A stretch of 64,000 bases of DNA, from NCBI GenBank assembly GCA_963674755.2, contig CAXXVS010000003.1, positions 1,216,001 to 1,280,000 of the forward strand, written 5' to 3'. The notes beneath the pieces were generated by a model that saw only the letters and a program-made list of their open reading frames with translations, was not told where the DNA came from and searched no databases. The position numbers were made by a program, and so were the translations under genes. Below, piece by piece: positions 40,930-52,200 of this stretch (position 1 is the first letter of the stretch; each line of letters begins with the position of its first letter). Origin of the DNA: Desulfobacterales bacterium. GTDB lineage: Bacteria > Desulfobacterota > Desulfobacteria > Desulfobacterales > UBA5852.

Positions 40930-41820
40930 ATGGCCAAAAAAATTCATCGACGGGAATTCCTGGCCGGCGGCCTCGGGGCCGGCGCCATGGCGCTGGGGCT
41001 GGGAATCAGACCGGCCCCCTTGCAGGCGAAGGAGTCCGAACCGGAGTCCATTCCGTTTCCGCTGCCCCCACCCGTTGTCCCGCTGGACGTCGCTGCCGTG
41101 CGCCAGACGGCCTATGATCGCTATTTTCAAGGGGGCTGCATGTACGGCGCTGCGGCGGCGCTGGTGGAAGGGCTGCGGGAGGCCTGCCGACCCGCCGCCG
41201 ACGGGAGCGACTACACGGATTGGGATCTCATCCCCACCGGCATGTTCAAATACGGCAGCGGGGGCGTGGCCGGCTGGGGGACGATCTGCGGCATCTTAAA
41301 CGGCACGGCGGCGGTATTGGCCATGGCGGACTATGGTGGCCTTATCGATCAGGTGATGGGATGGTACACGATGCAATGCTTTCCTCTGGCGGACAGCGAC
41401 GATCTAGAGACGTCCGATCGCTCCTACCGGGCCCTGGCGGATAGCGAGGTGCCGGCTCACACGGTATCCGGTTCGCCCTTGTGCCATATCTCCATTGGCA
41501 AATTTTGTGCAGCCGCCGGCATTACGCTCAAGGACGCTTCGGCGGAAGGGATGAATTATAAACAGGACCGCTGTAGCAAAGTCTGTGCGGAGACAGCGGC
41601 TCTGGCGGCCTCGCTGATCAATGCCCAGTTGGCCGAAAGCGCGGAAACCCTTTACACCACACCGGAGTCCTATGCGTCCTGCCTGACCTGCCACGGGACC
41701 ATAAAAGATCAGGTGGGCAAGATGAACTGTCATGGATGCCATTCCACCTCCGAGGTTACGCTTGTCGGGAGCGGGCATGAGCGCAATGTGACAGCACCCA
41801 AGAATCGCAAAAAGCGTTAA
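40930..41820 (+). CDS. Tat-exported C-GCAxxG-C-C-family diheme protein (split-Soret cytochrome c-like)
   Basis: HRREFL Tat motif; GCMYG, GWGTICG, SPLCH, DRCSKV; C-terminal CLTCH and CHGCH. Confidence 0.8.
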   Translation: MAKKIHRREFLAGGLGAGAMALGLGIRPAPLQAKESEPESIPFPLPPPVVPLDVAAVRQTAYDRYFQGGCMYGAAAALVEGLREACRPAADGSDYTDWDLIPTGMFKYGSGGVAGWGTICGILNGTAAVLAMADYGGLIDQVMGWYTMQCFPLADSDDLETSDRSYRALADSEVPAHTVSGSPLCHISIGKFCAAAGITLKDASAEGMNYKQDRCSKVCAETAALAASLINAQLAESAETLYTTPESYASCLTCHGTIKDQVGKMNCHGCHSTSEVTLVGSGHERNVTAPKNRKKR

Positions 41821-41905
41821 TCCTGCATCTGGCGCTCCGGCGCCCCAAACCACTGTTTTCGCTAAACCAATCACCCGCCCAAACGGGCGGGCGGCGAAGA
41901 CCGCT

Positions 41906-44323
41906 ATGACACCAATAGCCGTATCAGATTATCACCAGAGACCGTCTGTGGTCGTCGGCACGGGGTTGATCCTGTTTACGATCCTGTTGGTCTGGTGCTT
42001 GCCGGCCATAGCCAAGATTCGCACCTGCGGACCGATTTACCTGCGGGATGCCGACGGGCGGGTCATCAACCCATTGACCGGGGAGAATGCGGATCAACCC
42101 TTCAGCACACGGCAGACCTGCGGCGCCTGCCATGATTACGAGCGCATTACGTCCGGCTACCATTTTCAACAGGGTTGGGATCGCATCCGGGATGATTTCT
42201 CCAAGGAAAAGCCCTGGGTGCTTTCCGACGGCATGATGGGCAAGCAGTGACCGCCCTCTTTTCGCCAGTTGGCGAAAAAGACAAACCAAGTCCCGGAAGC
42301 GATCGACCTCACCGTGTTCGAGTGGGTGACGGCCGGCAGCAATCCCCTCAAAGGCAAACCCGGCTGCGGCGGCTGCCACCCCGGCGGCGGCGGGATGGAA
42401 CGCGATCGCGACGGGCAACGCTACGACCGGCGGCTGGCAGAGCAGCCCGAACTGGCCCGAACATTGGACGGCGACTACCATCGCAGCCAATGGGACCGCA
42501 GCGGGGTGATCGAGGCGGATTGTTTTATCTGCCATCTCCCAGGGTATTACTTCAAGGAACGTATCCGTCAACTCGATCGGTTGAATTTCAAGTGGGCCAT
42601 CGTGGCCGCCACGGGCATCGGGCGGGTGACCGGTGCCGTAAAGGCCGGCGAAACGCCGGAGATTGTCTACAATCGTCGCTACTTCGACGATGACGGCCGC
42701 ATCGTCCTGGATTTGCTCTCGCCCCCGTCATCGGAGAATTGTGTGGCCTGCCATGGCATCGCCGATCTCATTAAACGCGGTTTCTCCTGGAACGAGCGCA
42801 TCAATCACGATGTCCATAATCTTCACGGTCTGGAGTGTGTCCAGTGCCACGCCGGCAACCCGGAGCATAATTTCGCCAAGGGCGATGAAAACATGTCAAC
42901 GGTGCGTGACGATCTCGACAACACCATGTTGACCTGCCGCCAATGCCACATGCAGGGGTTTATGGGGGCGCCCCGGCCGGAGCATACCGGCATCCGCCCC
43001 AACCATCTGGAAAAACTGGGCTGTGAAGTGTGCCACATCCCGGCGGTCTACCGCACGGCCGCCCGGGGGTTGTGCGTGTCCACGGGCAAAGTGGCCAATT
43101 ACCCCATGGCCGGCGCCCAGCACATCGGCGAACGGGTGCGCTGGCAGCCGGATTACCGGCGGGATGCTGACGAGGTACTGAAGCCGGTCAACGCCTTCCA
43201 GGCCAATCTCTATACCAACCGCGACGAAGACGGCCTTTATCATCCGTTGTTCGCCAGGGAGATCGCCGCTGCAGCCAAGATCATGGGCCCGCCGAAAGCC
43301 GCGCCGCAGTCCGATCAGCCCTTGATTCGGGAACCGGAGGACATCCGAGGCATGCTGTCGGCTCTGAAGACGACGCTTACCACGAATCGGCGCTTCGGCC
43401 GTGTTCGTCCGCGCTATCATTTACAGGGACGGATCTACGCCTTGGATGAAGCAGGCCGTCTCGTCGATACCCCGGACACCACCTGGGTGACGGAGGAGAA
43501 GGGGTTCAATATCAGCCACAATGTCGCCCCGACCCACGCGGCCCTGGGTGCCCAGGGGTGCGGCGACTGCCATTTGCGCAGCAGCCATGTCTTCGAGAGC
43601 TGGATTGCCCAGGAGCTGCAATCTCTGGAAACGCACGCCCCTCTGAAAATGAGCGGATTGAGCTGGCGTGGGCGTCCCCTGGCCGACTACCTCAAGGAGC
43701 TGCATGCGCACAATTGGCTGAAATACTACCTCGTTCCCGGATTGTTCACGCTGGTGTTTATCATCGTGGTCCATCGCCTTGTCGGCGGCGGCCTGCGGTC
43801 CGCATCGCTCCTGGGAACATGGACTGTCAACCTGCAGGTGGCCAGAGCTTTGCTGGTCACCTTTCAGGCGCTGGCGATCTCTTTTCTGGCGTTTTCAGGC
43901 CTGGTGTTCTTCTACAACAACATGTCGCTGTTGTTTATCTTCTTCAGCGACATGGAAACGGCCAGCCGTTTGCATGTCGCCATCGGGATCGCCTTCCTGA
44001 TATCAATAGGTCTGGTGAACGTGATTGACCGCCTTTGCGATTTTGCCCCCGGACGCCACCAATCCGGCCGCTACCTTTCCGGGCCCGTCCACCGGAAGTA
44101 TGGACGGGCGGCGGTTCCGGTTTGGCGCTCCTGGACGGACCACCTGGATACGCGCCTCATGTTCACCCTGGCGGTTTCCGGCGGCATCATGCTGTTTCGC
44201 CGTCATTTGGGATTGGAAATCAAATATCTCGTTTCCGCCTGTCACGCCGCCGCTGCGGTGGCTTTCGTGGCGGCCGTTCTGGCCAAGGTCTATTATCGAT
44301 TCACCCGACGGAACACGGGCTGA
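41906..44323 (+). CDS. Octaheme c-type cytochrome with C-terminal cytochrome b-like membrane domain; probable selenoprotein, TGA 42248-42250 read as Sec, 805 aa
   Basis: ORFs 41906..42250 and 42269..44323 are in frame (GMMGKQ-TGA-PPSFRQLAKK); 1+7 CxxCH; hairpin after the TGA; about 5 C-terminal TM helices, two with His. Confidence 0.82.
42257..42281 (+). promoter_or_regulatory. Putative bacterial SECIS hairpin
   Basis: TTTTCGCC-AGTT-GGCGAAAA: 8-bp stem, G at loop position 2, loop 16 nt after the TGA. Confidence 0.78.
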
Positions 44324-44438
44324 ACACCTTCTCTCTCCTGTAGTCCCCTTGGGGACGCCATATGCCTCACTCCTTTTTTCCATACCCCCCCCCTCCATAT
44401 ATACTGAACATCATTCAGGTAGTAAAAAGTTGCCCAAT

Positions 44439-44592
44439 TATGTCGCCTGAGGAATCATTTGACCCACAAATGCGGCATGGACGATTTTCCCCCTGACACA
44501 TGATCGCCCCTTTCCGGGATCAGCTTATAATCACGACAAAAACGTCCGTTAGAAACACCGCTGCCGATATGGTGCGATGGCCCGTTGGAAGC
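44439..44592 (+). promoter_or_regulatory. Possible degenerate enhancer plus sigma54 promoter upstream of the two-component operon
   Basis: Half-site TATGTCGC (44439), TGACCCACAAATGCGGC (44460), TGGCCCGTTGGAAGC (44578, GG-N10-GC). Confidence 0.45.
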
Positions 44593-45012
44593 GATCGGCG
44601 GAAAAATCGCAACGCCGGGTGGCGGGCCGGTTACCGCTAACGCCATCCCAAGATAGGGGGAGTCAACCACTTGCATGCACCATATATAGCGCATTCAGGG
44701 CTATTCCCGGTATCCGATATGAAATTATTTTCTTATTATTAAACGGTCTTTGAGAGCCGCGTATGTCATAATAGATTGATAATATTCAAAAAAAAATGAA
44801 TTTGTCGGGATTGCATGAAATTTGCTTTCACCACAGCTACGATCACTCTCAGACAGACTTCGATCCATTATCGTTCTTGATATCGAGGGTGTTGCCAACG
44901 GCATAGGCAAACCCTGCAAATAGTGTTGATCCATTTAATTCGGTTTAGAGCTTGGCGATGTTCTCCTTGTAGCGCGCCGCTTCCCTTGCGCGCAGACGAC
45001 AGGACGATCCTC

Positions 45013-47107
45013 ATGACCGGTTTGGGCAACCGTTTTCACGAACGATGGTGGGCGAATAACATCTTCTATGTCGGCCTGGCCCTCGGCATTCTCTACTGGG
45101 GGCTTGAATCCGCAATGCACGTCTATATTTTCGATGAAGGCACCCTGGCACAGCAGGTGATCAGCCCGGATGCCCACGAAATCTGGATGCGCCTGATGGT
45201 GGAAGGCCTTCTGGTGGGTTTCAGTTTCTACTGCCAAACCATCATCAACGCCCGGGAGCGGGTGGAAAGCGCCCTGATTCGCCGTGAAAAAGAGGCCAAC
45301 GATATCCTTGAAAACAATCCTGCCGCCATCATGCTCATCGATACAGAGACCCGGCGTATCAGTTGGGTGAACTCCAATGCCGTGCAATTGACCGGCAGTT
45401 CCAAGGAACAGCTCGTCGGTCGCGTCTGCCACGACCATCTCTGCCCTTCAAATCGCGGCAATTGCCCGGTGCTGGACTGGGGGCAGGTCCTGGACCGCTC
45501 CGAGCGGAAATTGATCGCGGCCGAAGGTACCGAGGTCCCCATTTTGAAAAGCGTGACCCGGGTCAACTACAAGGATCGTGAGCATTTGCTGGAGGCGTTT
45601 TTCGATATTACCAAGCAGAAGGAAATGCAGCGGGCCATCAAATCCGCCCATGCCGAACTCGCACAGATTTTTCAGACCGCCTCGGTGGGCATGCGCCTGA
45701 TCGACCGCGATTTCAATATTCTCAAGGTCAACGAAACCTTCGCGCGCCTGTCCGATTTCCCGGCGAATGAAGCCGTGGGCCGCAAATGCTTCGATGTCTT
45801 CTCGGGCGCCAAATGCCATTCGGCGGATTGCCCCCTGATCCAGATCCGCGACGGCCATGATCCTGCTGAATACGAAGTCACCAAGAAACGGACCGACGGT
45901 ACCCAGATTCCCTGCATTCTGCGATCGACCCCCTTCATCGGCCCGGATGGCGAAACCATCGGTATCGTAGAATCCTTTCAGGATATTACCGCCCTGAAGG
46001 CCATCCAGGAGGAGTTGCGGTCCGAGCGGGACAAGCTCCACCGCATCCTGTTCCAGCAATTGGAAGGCGTCGGCATCGTCAATGCCGAATGGCATATCGA
46101 ATACCGCAACGAGACGCTGGATACCATGCTGACCAACGTCGCCGGGCAAAAATGCTACGAGGTGTTCCGCCAGCGCGCAACGCCCTGCGCCCATTGTTAT
46201 ATGAAGGCCTCCATCGCCACGGGCACCATCCAGCGGTGCGAGTTCGATGCGGCCGACGGCAAAAGCTACGAACACACTTACACGCCCTTCGTGGACAGCG
46301 ACTTCCGGAAGAAAGCGGTCATCTCGGTGCGGGATATCACCGAGCGCAAGGCTTCGACCCTGGCGGCGGTACGCTCCGACCGGCTGGCCGCTTTGGGTGA
46401 ATTGGCAGCCGGGGTGGCCCATGAGATCAACAATCCGGTCAACGGGATCATCAACTACGCCCAGATTTTCGTCAACCGGTACCAGACGGACGGAATGATC
46501 AACGATATCAGCGGCCGCATCGTGAAAGAGGGCGACCGGATCGCCCGGATCGTCGAAAGTCTGCTGGCCTTTGCCCGCCAGGACGAAGATGAACGCGCTA
46601 TGACGGCGATCGAGGAGGTCCTGGCGGATTCGCTGACCTTGACGGCGGCCCAGCTGCGCAAAGACGGCATTGCGATCATGCTGGATATGCCGGCCGGTCT
46701 GCCGCCGGTGGAGGTTCACACCCAGAAGATTCAACAGGTCTTTGTGAACCTGATCAGCAATGCCCGTTACGCCCTCAATAAGAAGACGGACAAGGAGACG
46801 AACGGCGGCAAGCAGCTTCGCATCTCCGCCGAAACCGTTGATCAGGAGGGGGGGGGCCTGGCTGCGGATCATCTTCCATGACACCGGCATCGGTATTCCG
46901 GCAGAGGTCATCGACAAAATCATGAATCCCTTTTTTTCCACCAAACCCAAAGGGATGGGGACCGGTCTGGGGCTCAGCATCAGCCATGGCATCATCAACG
47001 ACCATCGCGGAACCCTGACGATTGAAAGCCGCGAAGGTGACTATACGCGTGTTACGATCGATCTGCCGGCAACCGTGCCGGCCGAGGAGGGCAGGTTAGC
47101 GTCATGA
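45013..47107 (+). pseudogene. Membrane PAS x3 sensor histidine kinase, frameshifted at a G9 tract (46848-46856); phase variant or sequencing error
   Basis: AHEINNP H-box and NLISNA N-box in one frame; DTGIG, NPFFSTK and GTGLGL boxes in another frame; G8 would join them. Confidence 0.85.
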
Positions 47108-48804
47108 ACGAGAAAATCCTGGTGGTGGATGACGAAGAGAGTATCCGTTATACGTTCCAGATGTTTCTGGAGGATGAAGGGTACCAGGTAACGACCGCGG
47201 ACAATTACGAGGTAGCCCTCGAGCACATCCAGGCCAGCGAATTCGATCTGGTGTTCATCGATATTATTTTGGAGGGGCGCTCCGGCATCGATTTGCTCCG
47301 CGCCCTGCGCGAACACCGCCCGGGGGTCCCGGTGATCATGATCACCGGGGCGCCGAGCGTCGAAACGGCTTCCGAAGCCCTACGGCTGGGGGCGCTGGAC
47401 TACATCGTCAAGCCGGTGCGCCAGGACAACCTGATGCGGGCCACCACCATGGCCGTTCGCCACAAACAGATGCTGGACGATAGGGAAAGCTGCCGGCAGA
47501 ACATGGAGGCCATTTTTCGCAGCGTCAAGGACGGCATCGTCACCGTGACGGCGGACATGACCGTGATGGAGGTCAATGCCGCGGCGGCGGTCATCTGCGG
47601 TATCCCCAAGGGCGATATTTCACAAAACCCGTTGGCCGCCATGCTGGGCGATTGCAGCGGCGAGTGCCTGAGGGCATTGCATGAGACGCTTAAAAGCCAG
47701 AAGGCCACCCATTTGCACCATATCGAATGCCGCGCCGGACGCCGGCCGGGACAGGTGGTCAGCGTCAGCGTTTCCCCTTTGTTGAGTCGACGCAACAAGT
47801 TTGCCGGGGGCGTTATGGTCCTGCGGGACGAAACACGTCTGCTCAACCTGGAAAGGAACTTGAAGGAACGCCAATTCTACGACCGCCTGATCGGCAATGC
47901 GCCCCGCATGCAGCGGGTCAAAGCGCTGATCAAAGACCTGGCCGGTGTGCCCACCACGGTTTTGTTGACCGGCGAGAGCGGCACCGGTAAGGAGCTGGTG
48001 GTGGACTCCCTGCATTTCCAGGGGGACCGGAGCGACAAGGCCCTGGTCAAAGTCAACTGCTCCGCACTTTCGGACAACCTTCTGGAGAGCGAACTCTTCG
48101 GCCACGTCAAGGGCGCCTTCACGGGGGCGGTCAAGGATCATGTGGGCCGCTTCCAGAAGGCTGATGGCGGGACGATTTTCCTGGACGAGATCGGCGACAT
48201 CTCCCCCAAGATGCAGCTGCGGCTGTTGCGGGCGATCGAGAACATGGAATTCGAGCGGGTCGGCGGCAACACCTCCATCAAGGTGGACGTGCGCATCGTG
48301 GCGGCGACGAACCAGGATCTGCGCCTCAGGGTGGCCCGGGGGCAGTTCCGGGAGGATTTGTTTTACCGGTTGCGCGTGATGGAAATCAATCTTCCGCCAC
48401 TGAGAGAGCGCCGGGAAGACATTCCCCTGCTGGTGAGCCATTTTATCCAGAAATTCAACCGCCGGCTCGGCAAACAGATCAAGACCGTGACGGAAGAAGC
48501 CCTGCGGTCCCTGACCTGTCATGACTGGCCCGGTAATGTGCGCGAGCTGGAAAACATGATCGAGCGGGCCTTTGTCCTCTGTCACCAGTCCACCATCACG
48601 ATGGACCACCTGCCCGAAGAACTGCTGTCCGGATCCCGCTCGCCGATGGGCGGTGCCTATCCGCTCACCGAAGACGAGGAAGTTTCCTCCATTCTGTCCG
48701 CCCTGGAGAAGACGGCCGGCAACAAGAGCCGGGCCGCCCGTCTTCTGGGGTTCAGCCGCAAGACGATCTATCGCAAGATCGAAAAGTATAATTTACACGT
48801 TTGA
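47104..48804 (+). CDS. NtrC-family sigma54 response regulator (REC-PAS-AAA+-HTH)
   Basis: ILVVDDE; GESGTGKE; GAFTGA; WPGNVREL; Fis HTH. Confidence 0.93.
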   Translation: MNEKILVVDDEESIRYTFQMFLEDEGYQVTTADNYEVALEHIQASEFDLVFIDIILEGRSGIDLLRALREHRPGVPVIMITGAPSVETASEALRLGALDYIVKPVRQDNLMRATTMAVRHKQMLDDRESCRQNMEAIFRSVKDGIVTVTADMTVMEVNAAAAVICGIPKGDISQNPLAAMLGDCSGECLRALHETLKSQKATHLHHIECRAGRRPGQVVSVSVSPLLSRRNKFAGGVMVLRDETRLLNLERNLKERQFYDRLIGNAPRMQRVKALIKDLAGVPTTVLLTGESGTGKELVVDSLHFQGDRSDKALVKVNCSALSDNLLESELFGHVKGAFTGAVKDHVGRFQKADGGTIFLDEIGDISPKMQLRLLRAIENMEFERVGGNTSIKVDVRIVAATNQDLRLRVARGQFREDLFYRLRVMEINLPPLRERREDIPLLVSHFIQKFNRRLGKQIKTVTEEALRSLTCHDWPGNVRELENMIERAFVLCHQSTITMDHLPEELLSGSRSPMGGAYPLTEDEEVSSILSALEKTAGNKSRAARLLGFSRKTIYRKIEKYNLHV

Positions 48805-48939
48805 AGTTGGGATCCCCTTGTCCTTCCCCGCGCCTGCCGGGCGAATCGCGCATGATCGCAGCTGGCGACGGCCTCCAGCGCTTTTCCTAGCAATGAAAGC
48901 CCTCCGCTGATACACCTTCCCCAGCCCAAGCTGCAAACA

Positions 48940-49115
48940 TGTGTCACGACACAATGGCCCTGATACACAAATGTGACATGGCGCATGTCTTGGGCGGAAC
49001 AATTTCCGGATGCGACCCGAATTCCTTTCTTCTAAAGCCATAACGCTCTGTAAATACATCGAAAAATAAGTTTCAAGAATAGGCCGTCGACGCCCGGTTT
49101 GGCATGGAACTTGGA
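48940..49115 (+). promoter_or_regulatory. Bipartite enhancer plus sigma54 promoter of the giant gene 49260-53702
   Basis: TGTGTCACGACACA palindrome (48940), TGATACACAAATGTGAC (48961), TGGCATGGAACTTGGA (49100). Confidence 0.72.
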
Positions 49116-49259
49116 GTAGACACCGCGCAGGCGGCAACAACGGCCGGCATGAACGGAAGCGCGGGTTTTAAAACCCCGGTAGAGGTGAAATTTTCCATAA
49201 GAAGACCAATTGAGTTCGCTGAAGCATACAAGCGATCCAGAAGAGAAAGGAGACGAGCA

Positions 49260-52200
49260 ATGCGTCGAAAACAATCGTTTTGGGTGGCCTTGGTGGCTAT
49301 TTGCCTTCTGGGGACGATTTCGCCGGCGATGGCCGACTGGGGCGATGTCACCAACAAATTCAGCATATCGACCTCGGCACCTGTCGCCAATACGAACGTC
49401 GATGGCACGTTCACCACAATCGACGTGACCGTCACATTTTCGGCGGATCTCGATGACGCCATCATGGGGGATCTGCGCCTGCTGGTCGTACCGCTGGATG
49501 GAACGCCCGCCCCTCGCAATCCGGACGGCGAGATGGGGTTGGATGGGTCGAATCCAATAATTTATTACATACTCCCCACAGGCGAAGACGGCGAATTGGT
49601 CCCTAACGAGTCTGTGACCATTACAATGGAAATGGAAGGGAACGTGTCGTCACCGGATTTCAACTTCAGTATCGAAGTCAACGACGAATCCATCGATACC
49701 ACCATCTTTCGCAAAAAAATCTCAAAGACACCGGAGTATTACAGCGGTGAAGGGGGCATCGAGGTGATGCCCCTCTATGTCGAGGCCCGGAGCACCCAGG
49801 GGTATGCCTACACAAGGGATACCCTTAGCGGAGACCTGATTCCCTGTTGCCCGGATGAATGCCCGAATGGCGAGGAGGGGGCCGACGACGTCTGCGGCAT
49901 CTGCGACCCATCCTGCGCCGCATCGGGATACGCCACCGTCAAGCCCCTCGTCGTCACCTATGTCCAGGAGGAGGAGGAGGCCCCTTTCAACAGTGTACCG
50001 AGTTACGATCCCAATGAAGACGGGGTGGCGGATGAAGGTGATCGCTATGCCCACGACATTTATGCGGCGGTATCCTACGATGAAGGATTGACCTGGAAGC
50101 GGCGCAACATTTCGCGCACCTCACTGAAGTCCTCCTTCACCCTGCCCAATGGCGTGTCCTATCCGGGGGATTCCGAGGACGCCGACCTCACTGTCGTAGG
50201 GCCATACGCCTTCGTCACCTGGGTCGACAAATACTGCCGCAGCGGGGATCCCTGGGATATGGAAGCTCAGGACATCGATGATATCTACCAGGTGACCGGT
50301 TCCCAGAAGTCGGTGGACTATCTGGATGTCACCGGCGATGAGGACCCGCGGCCCGACCTGGGGGTGCGGCCCTTTTCCTGCCTGTGGGGCGCCCGGGGCG
50401 TGTTAGACATGGAACCGGAAACCGCCGACGGTGAGGCCAACCCCAATTACGGCACCATCGTCTGGTACAAGGCCGAGCAGCTTTCCACCGGCCGGCGGGA
50501 TGCCAAACGCAACTTCAACGCCGGCATCGAACCTGTGCACGATCCTAATTTGAATGAAAACAACCTGGTCGAGGGTACCGGTGGCTTCGCCGTCTCCTGG
50601 CAGGAGGATCCGAAAGGGCTCAAGACCGGCAAGGGGCGCGGTCCCGGGGCCGGCATGTCCGGCGCCTGCGTCAACCACAAGACCGATATCTGGTACAGCT
50701 ACATCGGCTGGAGCGACTTTGCCACCGTCGACGAGGATTTCGTCTCCAACAGCGACGGCGATGCCGTGCAGGATGGCGACGGGGAATCCATGTCCAATTA
50801 CTTCTGCACCGCCTGCCCCTATGTCTACGATCCGGAGCTCGGCGACGTGGAACATGACATCCTGGCGGGAACGTCCTTCGACAGCTTGCCCGAAGACTGG
50901 GTCTGCCCGCTGTGCGGCGCCGCCAAGGCGGATTTCGAAAAGGACGCCAAGCCCCATGCCCTGGTGCACTTCCATCCGCCGGTGCGGGTAACCGACAACG
51001 CGGTGTGTCGCGAGCGCAACCCCACCGAGATCATGGGGCACGTCCACACCGCCGACCATATCGCCGTCACCGACTGCGACTACTACTACGAGGGCGGCAC
51101 CACCAACCAGCCGCTGGCCTGGGACGATCTGCCCGACGATTGGGCCTGCCCCAAGTGCGGCGGAACGAAAGACACCTTCGAAGCTGAGGCTATCTTCATA
51201 AAATATCGCAACGAGGGTGCGCCCTACTGCGAGTGGTTCGCCAACAACCCACGGGTAGACGGCGACGGCAACGAGGTCTCGTCGACAGAGGATGCTTACG
51301 CGGTGGCCTACTACACCACTGATGAGGGCGAGCCGCTGGACGGTAACACCGGGGCCTCCCGGGCCAACCTCTCCCTGGTGAACTGGCAGGGTGAGACCCT
51401 GGCCCTGATGGCCTACGAGGAGACCAAGGGCGTCGGCGCCGGCAGCGACAAGGAGGCGGCCGCCATGGAGCAGGCAGCGCCCCTTCCGCTGGTGAAAATG
51501 GATGACGGCACCTGGGAGGCCGGCTTTACCAACAGCGACTGCCGAAGCTGCCATTATAAGAATGTGGTGCCCCGGGATCGCGTGATTCCGGTCAGCGACC
51601 AAACAATCTGTGAAGAGGTGAAGGGTGGGGTCTGGAAGGAGGAACTCGAAGCGTACTTCCCTTACACCGGCTATCCCTACATCACCGATCAGTCGGTGGA
51701 CGTCGGTCAGCTGGCCGCCGACGGAGTATCCTATGACACCAGCAACGCGGTCAAATGCGTCAAGTTTCAGGGCGGCTGGGGCATGTACCCCCGGGACTAC
51801 GCCCAGATCTACGAAGGCGACAATTACTACAACCTGCCCGACCACATGCCCGGGTGGCATCAGGAGGCGCTGGACTGCACCGGCTGCCACCTGCCATACA
51901 ACACCAAGGATTCGGACGGCGACACGATCAACGATCGTGCCGACATGTGTCCCGGCACGCCCGCCGGCGCCGATGATATCGATATGAATCCTGAAAGCGT
52001 CAACTACGGTTGTTCGGCATCCGAGAGTCCCGACGACCAGGACAACAACAAGGACGAGCCGGATCGCTTCCGGCACGGCAAGAACCTCTACTACCACCAC
52101 TTCGTCTTCAATGATCCGGACTTGGCGGCCATCGGCCACGGCGACCAGATCAACGGCTTCAGCCGGGACGTGCTCGGCCAGGATGATGAGGGCAACGACA

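Noticed and set aside
44900..44935. c-di-GMP-I riboswitch-like GGCAAAC start
   Set aside because: The downstream GACGCAAAG and P2 elements are absent
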